DNA of 64,000 nt from an uncultured Eubacterium sp. (GTDB taxonomy: Bacteria > Bacillota > Clostridia > Lachnospirales > Lachnospiraceae). Each line of letters starts with the position of its first letter. The first letter of the stretch is position 1. The translations under genes were made by a program, and so were the position numbers. The stretch is taken from positions 27,988 through 91,987 of the forward strand of contig CAJFUA010000076.1 in assembly GCA_904420085.1 (NCBI GenBank). The letters are read 5' to 3'. Positions 1 to 9,732 of this stretch are shown here, one piece after another. The notes below the pieces were generated by a model. That model was given only the letters and a program-made list of their open reading frames with translations, was not told the origin of the DNA and did not search any database.

Positions 1-48
1 GTTGTCAATCATTTTATTGGTTTCTATCACTTCAAACTTATTAATCAT
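1..48 (-). CDS. PFL-like / UPF0210 (DUF711) family protein, 5' end only (runs off window)
   Basis: Reverse strand reads MINKFEVIETNKMIDN behind an AGGAGG RBS; follows the ACT-domain gene, the usual UPF0237-UPF0210 pairing. Confidence 0.7.
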   Translation of the reverse strand, partial: MINKFEVIETNKMIDN

Positions 49-144
49 TTTATCCTCCTAAAGTTTCAGTTATAAATGTCTTTTTCTTCTGCAAAAAACT
101 GAAACTTCTCTTTTTACCCGTAAGTTGTAATGCTTAAATATATA

Positions 145-417
145 TTAAATTCTATGCATGCTGTTAAAAATGTCTTCATGCTGCATTCTGACACTGACAC
201 CAATCTCCTCACCGATTTTTTCTAAATCGTCTGCCATTTCGTGTACTGCCTTTTTTGCATGATTACAGTCAACAATCATCATCATATTAAAATACTCCTG
301 AACAATTGTCTGTGAAATATCAAGAATATTTACTTTATTTTCTGCTAAATATGTACATACTGCGGCGATAATTCCTACGGTATCTTTTCCTACGACTGTT
401 ATAATTGTTTTCTTCAT
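145..417 (-). CDS. ACT domain protein (UPF0237)
   Basis: 90 aa, IITVVGKDTVGIIA...NILDISQT...IFNSMHRI typical of UPF0237; AGGAGG RBS. Confidence 0.9.
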   Translation of the reverse strand: MKKTIITVVGKDTVGIIAAVCTYLAENKVNILDISQTIVQEYFNMMMIVDCNHAKKAVHEMADDLEKIGEEIGVSVRMQHEDIFNSMHRI

Positions 418-496
418 AAAATCCTCCTAAAGATTTAATTTTCTGATATGTTTTTCCGGAAGTATAAATACTTCCATTTCACATAAATTTATCATA

Positions 497-1303
497 TTAA
501 AATTCCATATTGCAGGAAGGTCCTGTTCTGCTTGCAACTTTTAAATCAATATCATCCGTATGAAATGGATGTTCTGCAAAATTAATTTCATTCCTAACCG
601 CCTGAAATGCAAGCTCCGGATAATTATTTTCCTGGCTTAAATGCCCCAATACAATTTTTTTCAGACGCTGACTGATAATCTGATTGATAAAATTTCCACA
701 TGCTTCATTGGACAGATGCCCTTTATTTCCCCATATGCGTTGTTTTAAATTATAGGGATAAGGTCCCATCTGTAACATTCTCACATCATGATTGGATTCC
801 ACTAAAATCCCGTCCAGTTCCTGCAATGAATGAGTCAACTCATCTGTAATTTCTCCTAAGTCCGTCGCTATGGCACAGGATTTGTTCGCTGCTGAATCCT
901 CGTCAAACCTGTAACATACCGGATCCACTGCGTCATGACTGATTTCCAAAGGCGAAATTTTAAGAGTCTTTAAATAAAAACTTTTATTTTTTTCAATCGG
1001 AAAGAACAGGTCGGTATCCACCTTTCCCACATCCGCCTGATGCAGAATGTAGTCGATAGTTTTTTCCGTAGCATATACCGGAATCTGATATTTTCTGAGA
1101 AAAACCCCCAGTCCCCGGATATGATCGCTGTGTTCATGGGTAATCAGTATTCCGTCTATATCTGCCGGATTCTGCTGAAAGTAAGAAAGTCCTTCCTCCA
1201 CTTTTTTCTTACTGATTCCCACATCAACTAAAACTGTGGTATCTTTATTTTCCACCAATATGCAATTTCCTTTACTGCCGCTTGAGACAGATGACAATTT
1301 CAT
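497..1303 (-). CDS. MBL-fold metallo-hydrolase (YycJ/WalJ-like)
   Basis: SGSKGN, THEHSDH, HDA, ESNHD, GHLSN, HLSQENN motifs. Confidence 0.9.
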   Translation of the reverse strand: MKLSSVSSGSKGNCILVENKDTTVLVDVGISKKKVEEGLSYFQQNPADIDGILITHEHSDHIRGLGVFLRKYQIPVYATEKTIDYILHQADVGKVDTDLFFPIEKNKSFYLKTLKISPLEISHDAVDPVCYRFDEDSAANKSCAIATDLGEITDELTHSLQELDGILVESNHDVRMLQMGPYPYNLKQRIWGNKGHLSNEACGNFINQIISQRLKKIVLGHLSQENNYPELAFQAVRNEINFAEHPFHTDDIDLKVASRTGPSCNMEF

Positions 1304-1425
1304 AAACTCTCCTCATATGTCAGAAAAACTTCCTTGTACATTTTATTGTATTTTCCAATGAATTTCAACCTATATTAAAGTAATAAAGTAAAAAAAGAAA
1401 AAATATTATAATAAAAAAGCCTTTT

Positions 1426-2355
1426 ATGAAAAACAAATTATTGACCGTTATCTGTATTATCATTGCAGTTATCATTTTAACAGAGCCGCAAATTGTTACG
1501 GCAGGAATGAAAAAAGGCATTGAATTGTCTGCTTATTCTGTTATCCCGGCTTTATTTCCTTTTATGCTGCTTACCAACTACATGATATGTAACAATCTTT
1601 GCCAATATATCAGTTACGTATTTTATCCGTTGTTATCAAAAATCTTTCCCGTTTCAAAAAACGGTTGTTTTGCCGTGCTTATTGGTTTTACCGGAGGGTA
1701 TCCTATGGGTGCAAAGACAATCAACGACTTATATGAAAGAAATCTTATCGGAAAGGAAGAAGGTAAATACTTATGTACTTTCTGCAATAACTGCAGTCTT
1801 TCCTTCTTATTAAACTATGTAGTCTATACCTGCCTGAATCATTTCAATATGACTGCGGGTTTGTCCATAAATGTCAAAAAAATTGTTGCTCTGGTTTACC
1901 TTCCGGCAATACTGGTTGGCATCATTAACGGATATTTTTTCAGAAAACCGTTGCTACGTCTAAAAAACATGAAGCATCAAGCAGAAACAAGCCCTGTTCA
2001 TTCCAATAATGTAATTCGCTCCGGTATAAATTCCATTCTCAATTTATGTGTCTATGTCATCTGCTTCTCCGTTTTGGCAGAATTCGTCAATCATCTGACA
2101 ATTCCTTCTTTTAGTAAATGCATTATGGTATCTCTCATTGAAATCACCAGTGGATGCATGTACACTTCCACTCACCTGACCGGAGGTTCACTACAATTAT
2201 TTATTCTTCTTTTTTCGTGTGTATTCGGTGGTCTTTCTATCACGTTACAGTCCATTACACAGTTTAAAGAACAAACTTTTACAAAATACTATTTTATTGG
2301 CAAATTGGAAACATTAACTGTTTTTTTATTCTTTTTTTACTTATTTCTTAACTGA
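1426..2355 (+). CDS. ylbJ: Sporulation integral membrane protein YlbJ-like
   Basis: VIPALFPF, GGYPMGAK, EITSG, FGGLSITLQ motifs; multi-TM; convergent with the coaD operon as in other spore formers. Confidence 0.75.
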   Translation: MKNKLLTVICIIIAVIILTEPQIVTAGMKKGIELSAYSVIPALFPFMLLTNYMICNNLCQYISYVFYPLLSKIFPVSKNGCFAVLIGFTGGYPMGAKTINDLYERNLIGKEEGKYLCTFCNNCSLSFLLNYVVYTCLNHFNMTAGLSINVKKIVALVYLPAILVGIINGYFFRKPLLRLKNMKHQAETSPVHSNNVIRSGINSILNLCVYVICFSVLAEFVNHLTIPSFSKCIMVSLIEITSGCMYTSTHLTGGSLQLFILLFSCVFGGLSITLQSITQFKEQTFTKYYFIGKLETLTVFLFFFYLFLN

Positions 2356-2374
2356 TTTCTCTTTTTCAACCTAC

Positions 2375-2406
2375 AAAAAAACAAGGAATAAAATCCTTGT
2401 TTTTTT
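2375..2406. terminator. Bidirectional intrinsic terminator
   Basis: AAAAAAACAAGGA-loop-TCCTTGTTTTTT between convergent genes. Confidence 0.75.
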
Positions 2407-2423
2407 ATAAATCAATTAAATTT

Positions 2424-3023
2424 TTATAATAAATCTACAGCAATATCGTCCTCTGCTTCTCCGTCAGCCGCTTCTTCTGCCACATCCTGACCGCCTAACT
2501 CTTTTCTGCTTTCCACAACCACATTTAACGAACTGTTTAAAGAAGTCATCATCTGATTCTGAGCATTTTCAAAACTGTCCATTCCCGTTGAAAGAATACT
2601 CTGTACATTTGACAAAATATCATCTGTATACTGCATGGCTCTTGCTCTCAAATCATTGGCTTCTGAAGTAGCCTGATCTAAAATTCCCTGTGCTTCCTGC
2701 TGTGCCTGCTCCAATACCTGATTGGCTTCATTATATGCTTTCTGCATAATTTCGTGTTCACTTACCAATTGATTAATATGGGCTGTAGCTTCTGCAATCA
2801 TTGACTCAGAACGTTCCTTTGCATCATTTAAAATGGCATCTTTATTTGCAATAATCTTCTGATACTTTCTGATTTCATCAGGAGTTCTAAGTCTTAACTC
2901 TGCCAGCAGTTCATCAATATCATCTTTATTTACTACGATTTTTGATGTTGATAACGGCTGAAATTTACAATTATCAATATATTCCTCAATTTCTGTAATA
3001 ATCTGTTCAATCTTACTACTCAT
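2424..3023 (-). CDS. Conserved coiled-coil protein downstream of coaD (DivIVA/ATPase subunit-like)
   Basis: IEEYIDNCKFQPLSTSKIVVNKD then long heptad repeats; conserved rsmD-coaD-X position. Confidence 0.7.
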   Translation of the reverse strand: MSSKIEQIITEIEEYIDNCKFQPLSTSKIVVNKDDIDELLAELRLRTPDEIRKYQKIIANKDAILNDAKERSESMIAEATAHINQLVSEHEIMQKAYNEANQVLEQAQQEAQGILDQATSEANDLRARAMQYTDDILSNVQSILSTGMDSFENAQNQMMTSLNSSLNVVVESRKELGGQDVAEEAADGEAEDDIAVDLL

Positions 3024-3025
3024 TC

Positions 3026-3514
3026 CTATTCTCCTTTTTCTTTTAATTTATCATAAACCTGTTGAATAACCGGCTCTGGTACAAATCTGCTGATATCTGC
3101 TCCAAAATATGCCGCTTCCTTTACTGTACTGGAACTTAAATAAGCATATTCCAAACTGGTTGTAAAAAAGATGGTATCTATGTCATTGTTTAAAACCATA
3201 TTTGTTTGAGACATCTGTAGTTCATATTCAAAATCCGTTACTGCCCGTAAGCCCCTGACAATAATCTTTGCATCCACGCTTTTAGCAAAATCAACCAACA
3301 GACCTTCAAAAGACATAACCTTTACGTTAGGAATATCTTTTACCACATCTTCTAACATTTTAACACGTTTTTCTACGGAAAACAACGGAGATTTGGAATT
3401 ATTATTTAAAACGCTGACAATAAGTTCATCAACGATTTTTGAAGCTCTTTTTATAATATCTAAATGTCCCAGTGTGACCGGATCAAAACTTCCGGGATAT
3501 ATTGCTCTTGTCAT
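3026..3514 (-). CDS. coaD: Pantetheine-phosphate adenylyltransferase
   Basis: [28 protein letters not shown] motifs; start moved to MTRAIY behind GGAG. Confidence 0.97.
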   Translation of the reverse strand: MTRAIYPGSFDPVTLGHLDIIKRASKIVDELIVSVLNNNSKSPLFSVEKRVKMLEDVVKDIPNVKVMSFEGLLVDFAKSVDAKIIVRGLRAVTDFEYELQMSQTNMVLNNDIDTIFFTTSLEYAYLSSSTVKEAAYFGADISRFVPEPVIQQVYDKLKEKGE

Positions 3515-3515
3515 T

Positions 3516-4076
3516 TTAATCTCCAATTAGTTTTAAAAAAATATGTTTATTTGTCTTATATCGTTTATCTCTTATCATTTCAAACCCCAGTTTGTCTACA
3601 TAATCAAACTCTGTATCCATAGAAGCTTCAACGATAATAGTAGAATTTTCATTTATTAAATCAGATTTCGACAGAAAAATCAATACATTTTTCTCTAATT
3701 CTTTATTATATGGAGGATCCAAAAAGACAAACTCAAATTTTTTCTTTTCCGTTTCCAGTTTTTTTAACGCCTGCAATACATCACAGCATAACACGGTTGC
3801 CTGTTCATCCAAATGGGTTTTTTTCAAATTTTCATGGATACAACTGACCGCTTTTCTGTTCTTTTCCACAAGAGTAGCGTGTTGTGCGCCACGGCTTAGT
3901 GCCTCAATGGCAATGGCGCCACTGCCACTGAATAAATCCAGAAAATGAACATGATACAACTGATTCTGAAGCATATTAAACAAAGTTTCTTTAATACGGT
4001 CCGTCGTCGGTCTGGTGTCACTTCCTTCGATTGTATTCAATTGTATACGTCTTGCTTTTCCTGCGATAACTCTCAT
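3516..4076 (-). CDS. rsmD: 16S rRNA m2G966 methyltransferase
   Basis: [34 protein letters not shown]. Confidence 0.95.
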   Translation of the reverse strand: MRVIAGKARRIQLNTIEGSDTRPTTDRIKETLFNMLQNQLYHVHFLDLFSGSGAIAIEALSRGAQHATLVEKNRKAVSCIHENLKKTHLDEQATVLCCDVLQALKKLETEKKKFEFVFLDPPYNKELEKNVLIFLSKSDLINENSTIIVEASMDTEFDYVDKLGFEMIRDKRYKTNKHIFLKLIGD

Positions 4077-4098
4077 GCTCTCTCCGGTATTCTAAATA

Positions 4099-4132
4099 AA
4101 TAAAAGCAAGCAAAAAATTGCCTGCTTTTATT
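4099..4132 (-). terminator. Intrinsic terminator after rpsA
   Basis: AATAAAAGCAAGCAA-loop-TTGCCTGCTTTTATT inverted repeat. Confidence 0.65.
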
Positions 4133-4149
4133 TGGTTAATCTGTTTCAA

Positions 4150-5403
4150 TTATTCTGCGTCAGCAGTTGTTTCCTCAACTGTTTCTTCCACTGCTTCCTC
4201 AGTATTCTCCTCTGCTGTTTCTTCCGGCATTTCCTCGGAAACTTCTTCAACCGTATCTTCTACTGCTTCAGTTGTTTCTTCGGCACTTTCTGCTGTTTCT
4301 TCAACAACGTCCTCTGTTACGGTTTCAACAGTATTTTCTTCTGTTTCATCCTCTTCCGGAAGCAATGCTTTGATGCTTAAGCTGATTTTCTTTTCATCTT
4401 CATTAAAATCAACAATCTTGGCTTCAATTTCCTGACCGATTTTTAATTCATCCGCCGGTTTTTCTACATGGTGTCTTGCAATCTGGGAAACATGAAGTAA
4501 TGCGTCCACACCAGGCTCGATTTCAACAAATGCACCAAAATCTGTCATTCTGGCAACCTTACCTGTCACAATAACACCTACAGCAAATTTTTCGCGGGCA
4601 TTTGCCCAAGGATTTGTATCTTCGAACTTTAAGCTTAATGCGATCTTGTCGTCATTGATTTCTTTGATAAATGTAGTAACTTTGTCGCCCGGCTTAAATA
4701 ACTTTCTCGGATTTCCTACTCTACCCCATGACATTTCTGAGATATGTAATAATCCGTCAGCACCGCCGATATCTACGAATGCGCCAAAATCAACCACACT
4801 CTTTACAACACCTTCTACCACATCGCCAACTGCAATCTTCTCAAATAATGCTTTCTTTGCAGCCTCTTTTTCAGCAACTATTAACTGCTTTCTGTCACCG
4901 ATAATTCTTCTCCTTCTCGGATCAAATTCAGTAACAACAAACTCAATTTCCTGATCCAGATACTTATCTAAATTTCTTTCAAAAACATCTGATACAAGGC
5001 TGGCAGGAATAAATACCCTTCCACCTTCTACATCAACACTCAAGCCTCCTTTTAAAATCTGTACAACCGGTGCTTTAAGAACTTCTTTGTTTTCAAAAGC
5101 TTCTTTAATTCTCTCGTTTGCCTTCTCTGCAGCAAGTCTCTTGTATGATAAAGCAACCTGACCATCGCCGTCATTTACTTTGAGAACCTTTACTGTCAGT
5201 TCATCGCCTACTGAAATTACAGTTGTCAGATCTACCGGTGTATTTGAGTACTCATCTCTTGTAAGAATACCATCAGCCTTATATCCCACATTCAGCACTG
5301 CGTAGTCTTCTCTTACACTGATTACCTTTCCTTCAAGAACTTCACCATTGTGAATGGTCTTGAATGATTCATCCAACATTTGTTCAAAACTCATATCTGA
5401 CAT
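4150..5403 (-). CDS. rpsA: 30S ribosomal protein S1 (four S1 domains, long acidic C-terminal tail)
   Basis: Repeated S1 motifs (FGAFVDIGGADGLLHISE, FGAFVEIEPGVDALLHVSQ); start MSDMSFEQ with GAGGAGG RBS inside ispH. Confidence 0.95.
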   Translation of the reverse strand: MSDMSFEQMLDESFKTIHNGEVLEGKVISVREDYAVLNVGYKADGILTRDEYSNTPVDLTTVISVGDELTVKVLKVNDGDGQVALSYKRLAAEKANERIKEAFENKEVLKAPVVQILKGGLSVDVEGGRVFIPASLVSDVFERNLDKYLDQEIEFVVTEFDPRRRRIIGDRKQLIVAEKEAAKKALFEKIAVGDVVEGVVKSVVDFGAFVDIGGADGLLHISEMSWGRVGNPRKLFKPGDKVTTFIKEINDDKIALSLKFEDTNPWANAREKFAVGVIVTGKVARMTDFGAFVEIEPGVDALLHVSQIARHHVEKPADELKIGQEIEAKIVDFNEDEKKISLSIKALLPEEDETEENTVETVTEDVVEETAESAEETTEAVEDTVEEVSEEMPEETAEENTEEAVEETVEETTADAE

Positions 5404-6235
5404 TAAGAACGACCTCCTCAATAATATTCTTTGGGGTGGATGCCCCTGCTGTAATACCTATAGTCTTCAATGATTCGACGTTACACAAATCAAGGTCCTT
5501 TATGGTCTGTATATAATAAGTGTTACTGCACTCACATTTACAAATATCGTATAATTTCTGAGTATTCGAACTACTCTTTCCGCCAATCACAATCATGGCA
5601 TCAACCTTCGATGCAATCTCTTTTGCTTCAACCTGTCTTACGTGTGTCGCATTGCAAATCGTATTTACAACATTTATATCATACCCCTTTTTATTTATAA
5701 TTTCAACTAAATATTTAAATTTGTTGTAGTTAAATGTCGTTTGGGAAACAATGCATATCCCGGAGCCGTCTGACACATCCAGTTTTTTTGCATCTTCTTC
5801 GCAATTTATAACAATAGCATCACCCAAAACCCAGCCTTTTATTCCCTCTACTTCCGGGTGGTTATCATTTCCGATAATGACTATTTTTTTCCCTTTTTTG
5901 CTTTCTTCCCGTACAATATTGTGTATTTTTTTTACAAAGGGGCAGGTTGCATCTACAATTCTCAAACCTTGTTTTTCTATGATATCGTATATTTCTTTCG
6001 ATACACCATGGGAGCGGATAATCACTGTTCCCTTATTTAAATTCTGTAATTCCTTTTCATCATGAATTACCTGAACGCCTTTATTTTCCAAATCTTTTAC
6101 GACCTGCTCGTTATGAATAATCGGACCAAATGTATAAATTGGTTTTTCGTCGTTATGAATCTCTGCATAGACACTGCTTACGGCACGTTCCACACCAAAA
6201 CAGAATCCTGCGCTTTTTGCCACAATTGTTTCCAT
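5384..6235 (-). CDS. ispH: 4-hydroxy-3-methylbut-2-enyl diphosphate reductase
   Basis: AGFCFGV, DATCPFV, TICNAT, SSNT, TAGASTP. Confidence 0.97.
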   Translation of the reverse strand: METIVAKSAGFCFGVERAVSSVYAEIHNDEKPIYTFGPIIHNEQVVKDLENKGVQVIHDEKELQNLNKGTVIIRSHGVSKEIYDIIEKQGLRIVDATCPFVKKIHNIVREESKKGKKIVIIGNDNHPEVEGIKGWVLGDAIVINCEEDAKKLDVSDGSGICIVSQTTFNYNKFKYLVEIINKKGYDINVVNTICNATHVRQVEAKEIASKVDAMIVIGGKSSSNTQKLYDICKCECSNTYYIQTIKDLDLCNVESLKTIGITAGASTPKNIIEEVVLNVRYEF

Positions 6236-6245
6236 ATTTTCTCCA

Positions 6246-6902
6246 CTATCGCTTGACCAGTTTTTTTATTGTTTCTACCACCTGAGGAATATCCATATGA
6301 GAAGAATCTACAAGAACCGCATCTTCTGCCTGAACCAGAGGCGATACCTCTCTGTTCATATCGCGGTAATCCCTGTCTTTAATGTCCGCCTCAATTTCAT
6401 CTATGTTACAGTCATATCCTTTTTCCGTTAATTCCTTATATCTTCGTTCTGCTCTTGTTCTGGCGCTGGCTGTTAAATAAATTTTCAAATCTGCGTCAGG
6501 AAGGACGGCGGTACCGATATCCCTTCCATCCATCACCACATTATTTTTCTTTGCCAAATCCTGCTGTATTGCCACCAGAATCTTTCTGACAGGGGGATAA
6601 ACCGCTATTGCACTGGTCATATTTCCAATGATTTCCTGTCGGATTTCTGCACTGACATCCTCTCCGTTCAGATATACTTTCTGTACCCCCTCTTCATAAC
6701 CCAGGGTAACTTCCACAGAATTACATTTTTCTACAACTTTCTCTTCTTCCTCTGCACGGATTCCTGCCCTGTAACATGCCAGTGCCAATGTACGATACAT
6801 GGCTCCTGTATCTACATAAATAAATCCCAATTCCTTTGCTACGATTTTTGCTATGGTACTTTTTCCGGCGCCTGCCGGTCCGTCAATGGCTATATTAAAC
6901 AT
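6246..6902 (-). CDS. cmk: Cytidylate kinase
   Basis: IAIDGPAGAGKST, DTGAMYR, MDGRDIGT. Confidence 0.97.
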   Translation of the reverse strand: MFNIAIDGPAGAGKSTIAKIVAKELGFIYVDTGAMYRTLALACYRAGIRAEEEEKVVEKCNSVEVTLGYEEGVQKVYLNGEDVSAEIRQEIIGNMTSAIAVYPPVRKILVAIQQDLAKKNNVVMDGRDIGTAVLPDADLKIYLTASARTRAERRYKELTEKGYDCNIDEIEADIKDRDYRDMNREVSPLVQAEDAVLVDSSHMDIPQVVETIKKLVKR

Positions 6903-6979
6903 CTTTTCCTTCCTTTCTCATCCAACCGAATGCCTTTACTTATCTCCTGAAGAGACGGTGCCTTATCCGACGAATAAAT

Positions 6980-8209
6980 TTAATAAATACTGCTTCCTGC
7001 CAGATACCCGGTACTCCATGCAATCTGCAGGTTGTATCCGCCTGTTTTGGCATCCAGATCAAGCACTTCTCCCACAAAATAAATATTGGGAATTAACTTT
7101 GATTCCATAGTTTTCGGATTGATATCTTTTACGGAAACTCCTCCTCTTGTTATAATAGCTTCATTATAACTTCTCATGCTTAAAATATGAAGTGGTAAAT
7201 TTTTAATAATCTTTACCAATTGTTCCCGCTCTTTTTTTGTCACTTCATTTACTTTTTTGTAAGGATCGATCTTTGCCAGTTCAATGACCGGCATAATCAT
7301 TTTTTTCGGCAGCAGTCTGTCCAAAGAGTTATTCACATTTTTATTTATATTCTCCTTAAAATCTTTCAAAACTCTCCTGTCCAGCCTCTCCCTGTCAAGC
7401 GCCGGTTTTAAATCGATATAAGCAGTAAACGTATGATCTTTTAATTTGTCACAAATATAACAACTTGCCGATAATACCAAAGGTCCGCTGATTCCAAAAT
7501 GAGTAAACAGCATCTCCCCCTGTTGTGAATAATACATTTTCTCCTTTTCGTCAACAATGGTTAAACACACATTTTTTAATGCAAGTCCCTGTAACTCTCT
7601 GCACAATTCTTCTTTTATGTTAAAAGGCACCAGCGAAGGATATGTGTTCTCTATCTTATGTCCAAACTGTCTGGCAAACCCGTATCCGTCTCCCGTGGAG
7701 CCTGTGGTCTGATAAGAAAGTCCTCCGGTTGCCACAATGCATTTATCGCCTCTTATTTCTTTTCCCTTTCTATCAACGACACATACCTGATTTGAATCCG
7801 TTTTTAACTGCCTGATTTCCGTATTCAGATGAATGAAAGCCCCTGCGTTCTTTAGCATTTTCTCCAATGCCCATATAACATCTGAAGATTTATCACTTAG
7901 GGGAAAAACTCTGTCTCCTCTTTCTATTTTCGTCTTTACCCCTGTGTTTTCAATCATTGTGCAGACGTCTTCACTGTTTAAAGTATGATATGCACGATAC
8001 AAAAACTTTTCATTGCGTAATATATGGCTAAAATGATTCTCTATATCAGAAGCATTCGTAATATTGCATCTTCCCTTACCGGTAATAAATAACTTCTTTC
8101 CCAGTTTTTCATTTTTTTCAAAAATATGAACTTCGTTTCCGTTATAGACCGCAGCAATACCTGCCATCATCCCGGAAGCGCCGCCGCCAATGATTAAAAC
8201 TTTACTCAT
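6980..8209 (-). CDS. HI0933/BaiN family FAD-dependent oxidoreductase
   Basis: GGGASG, GKGRCNITN, ATGG, FTHFGISGP, TGGYNLQIAWSTG. Confidence 0.93.
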   Translation of the reverse strand: MSKVLIIGGGASGMMAGIAAVYNGNEVHIFEKNEKLGKKLFITGKGRCNITNASDIENHFSHILRNEKFLYRAYHTLNSEDVCTMIENTGVKTKIERGDRVFPLSDKSSDVIWALEKMLKNAGAFIHLNTEIRQLKTDSNQVCVVDRKGKEIRGDKCIVATGGLSYQTTGSTGDGYGFARQFGHKIENTYPSLVPFNIKEELCRELQGLALKNVCLTIVDEKEKMYYSQQGEMLFTHFGISGPLVLSASCYICDKLKDHTFTAYIDLKPALDRERLDRRVLKDFKENINKNVNNSLDRLLPKKMIMPVIELAKIDPYKKVNEVTKKEREQLVKIIKNLPLHILSMRSYNEAIITRGGVSVKDINPKTMESKLIPNIYFVGEVLDLDAKTGGYNLQIAWSTGYLAGSSIY

Positions 8210-8225
8210 AAATCCACCTTCATAA

Positions 8226-8280
8226 AAAAAACAGTTCAGCCATCAGTTCGAAAATCCTTCGCATGGCTGAACTGTTTTTT
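8226..8280 (-). terminator. Long-stem terminator after the decarboxylase operon
   Basis: 18-bp perfect arms AAAAAACAGTTCAGCCAT / ATGGCTGAACTGTTTTTT with a 19-nt loop. Confidence 0.7.
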
Positions 8281-8284
8281 ACTT

Positions 8285-9691
8285 CTATACCGGGTATGCC
8301 CCGTTTTCTTTGTCTGCGATACTTGGGTCAACTTTTGTCTGCTGAGCCTCTCTGTATTCGAAAAATTCTTTTGCCACCTGCGGGAACAATGCATAGGTCA
8401 ATACATCTTCATCCTGCTGTTTCCACTGTGCGCATTCTTTTTCAAATTTTTCAAGCGATGGTTCAATTAAATCTGCTGGTCTGCAGGTAATTGGTTTTTC
8501 ATCTCCAATTGCCTTCTTTTGAACCTCTTCATTAAACGGTTTTACCGTCTGACCATATTTTCCTGCCAGCAAATCTTTTGCCTGCTGGTTGACCATCTTG
8601 TATCTTTCACCCATAACTACATTTAATACAGCCTGTGTACCTACAATCTGACTGGAAGGTGTAACAAGAGGCGGTTCGCCAAAGTCTTTACGTACTCTCG
8701 GAATTTCCTGTAACACTTCGTCAAATTTATCCTCAGCTCCCATTTCTTTCAACTGGGATACCATGTTGGAAAGCATTCCTCCCGGAACCTGATATAACAG
8801 TGTATTAATATCAACACCCATAACTTTTGGATTTAACAAACCGTTTTCAAGACATTCTTCCCGATATGGTTTGAAGTAGTCTGCTACTTTCTTTAACAAT
8901 GTCTGATCAAGCCCTGTATCATAAGGAGTTCCCTTAAATGTCTCAACCATAACTTCTGTTGCCGGCTGAGCCGTTCCCATGGAGAACGGAGAAATTGCCG
9001 TGTCAATAATATCACAGCCTGCTTCCACAGCCTTTAAATAAGTCATTGCACCTACACCGGATGTGTAATGTGTATGAAGGTCAATTGGAAGATCTGTTCC
9101 TTCTTTTAATGCCTGTACCAGCTCTGTTGCCTGATATGGCGTCAAAAGACCTGCCATATCCTTAATACACAGTGAGTTGGCACCCATCTCCTCAATCTTC
9201 TTAGCTGTATCTTTCCAATAATCTAAAGTGTAGGCATCTCCCAATGTATAAGAAAGAGCAACCTGGGCATGACCGTTTTCTTTATTGGCTGCCTTCACTG
9301 CTGTCTCTAAATTTCTCAAATCATTTAAGCAGTCAAAAATTCTGATAATGTCGATACCATTTGCGATGGACTTCTGTACAAAATATTCAACTACATCATC
9401 TGAATAGTGACTGTAACCTAAAATATTCTGTCCACGGAAGAGCATCTGCAATTTTGTATTCTTAAATCCATCACGTAATTTTCTTAATCTCTCCCATGGG
9501 TCTTCTTTTAAAAATCTCAGTGAAGCATCAAAAGTTGCGCCGCCCCAGCACTCTACAGAGTGATATCCCACCTTATCCATAGTGTCGATGATTGGAAGCA
9601 TTTCTTCTGTAGGCATTCTTGTTGCGATCAACGACTGATGTGCATCACGAAGTATTGTTTCAGTAATCTTTACTGGTTTCTTTTCTGCCAT
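8285..9691 (-). CDS. oadA: Oxaloacetate decarboxylase alpha / transcarboxylase 5S-type carboxyltransferase (no biotin domain)
   Basis: LRDAHQSL, ECWGGATFD, KDMAG, HTH, QVPGGM, PLVTPSSQIVG. Confidence 0.9.
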   Translation of the reverse strand: MAEKKPVKITETILRDAHQSLIATRMPTEEMLPIIDTMDKVGYHSVECWGGATFDASLRFLKEDPWERLRKLRDGFKNTKLQMLFRGQNILGYSHYSDDVVEYFVQKSIANGIDIIRIFDCLNDLRNLETAVKAANKENGHAQVALSYTLGDAYTLDYWKDTAKKIEEMGANSLCIKDMAGLLTPYQATELVQALKEGTDLPIDLHTHYTSGVGAMTYLKAVEAGCDIIDTAISPFSMGTAQPATEVMVETFKGTPYDTGLDQTLLKKVADYFKPYREECLENGLLNPKVMGVDINTLLYQVPGGMLSNMVSQLKEMGAEDKFDEVLQEIPRVRKDFGEPPLVTPSSQIVGTQAVLNVVMGERYKMVNQQAKDLLAGKYGQTVKPFNEEVQKKAIGDEKPITCRPADLIEPSLEKFEKECAQWKQQDEDVLTYALFPQVAKEFFEYREAQQTKVDPSIADKENGAYPV

Positions 9692-9732
9692 TTTCTTTTC
9701 CTCCGATAATTGTTATGTTAAAAAGTTTTTAT

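Noticed and set aside
4150-4355. CRISPR-like or tandem DNA repeat
   Set aside because: Degenerate codon-level low complexity within the S1 tail; no repeat-spacer structure here or elsewhere in the window
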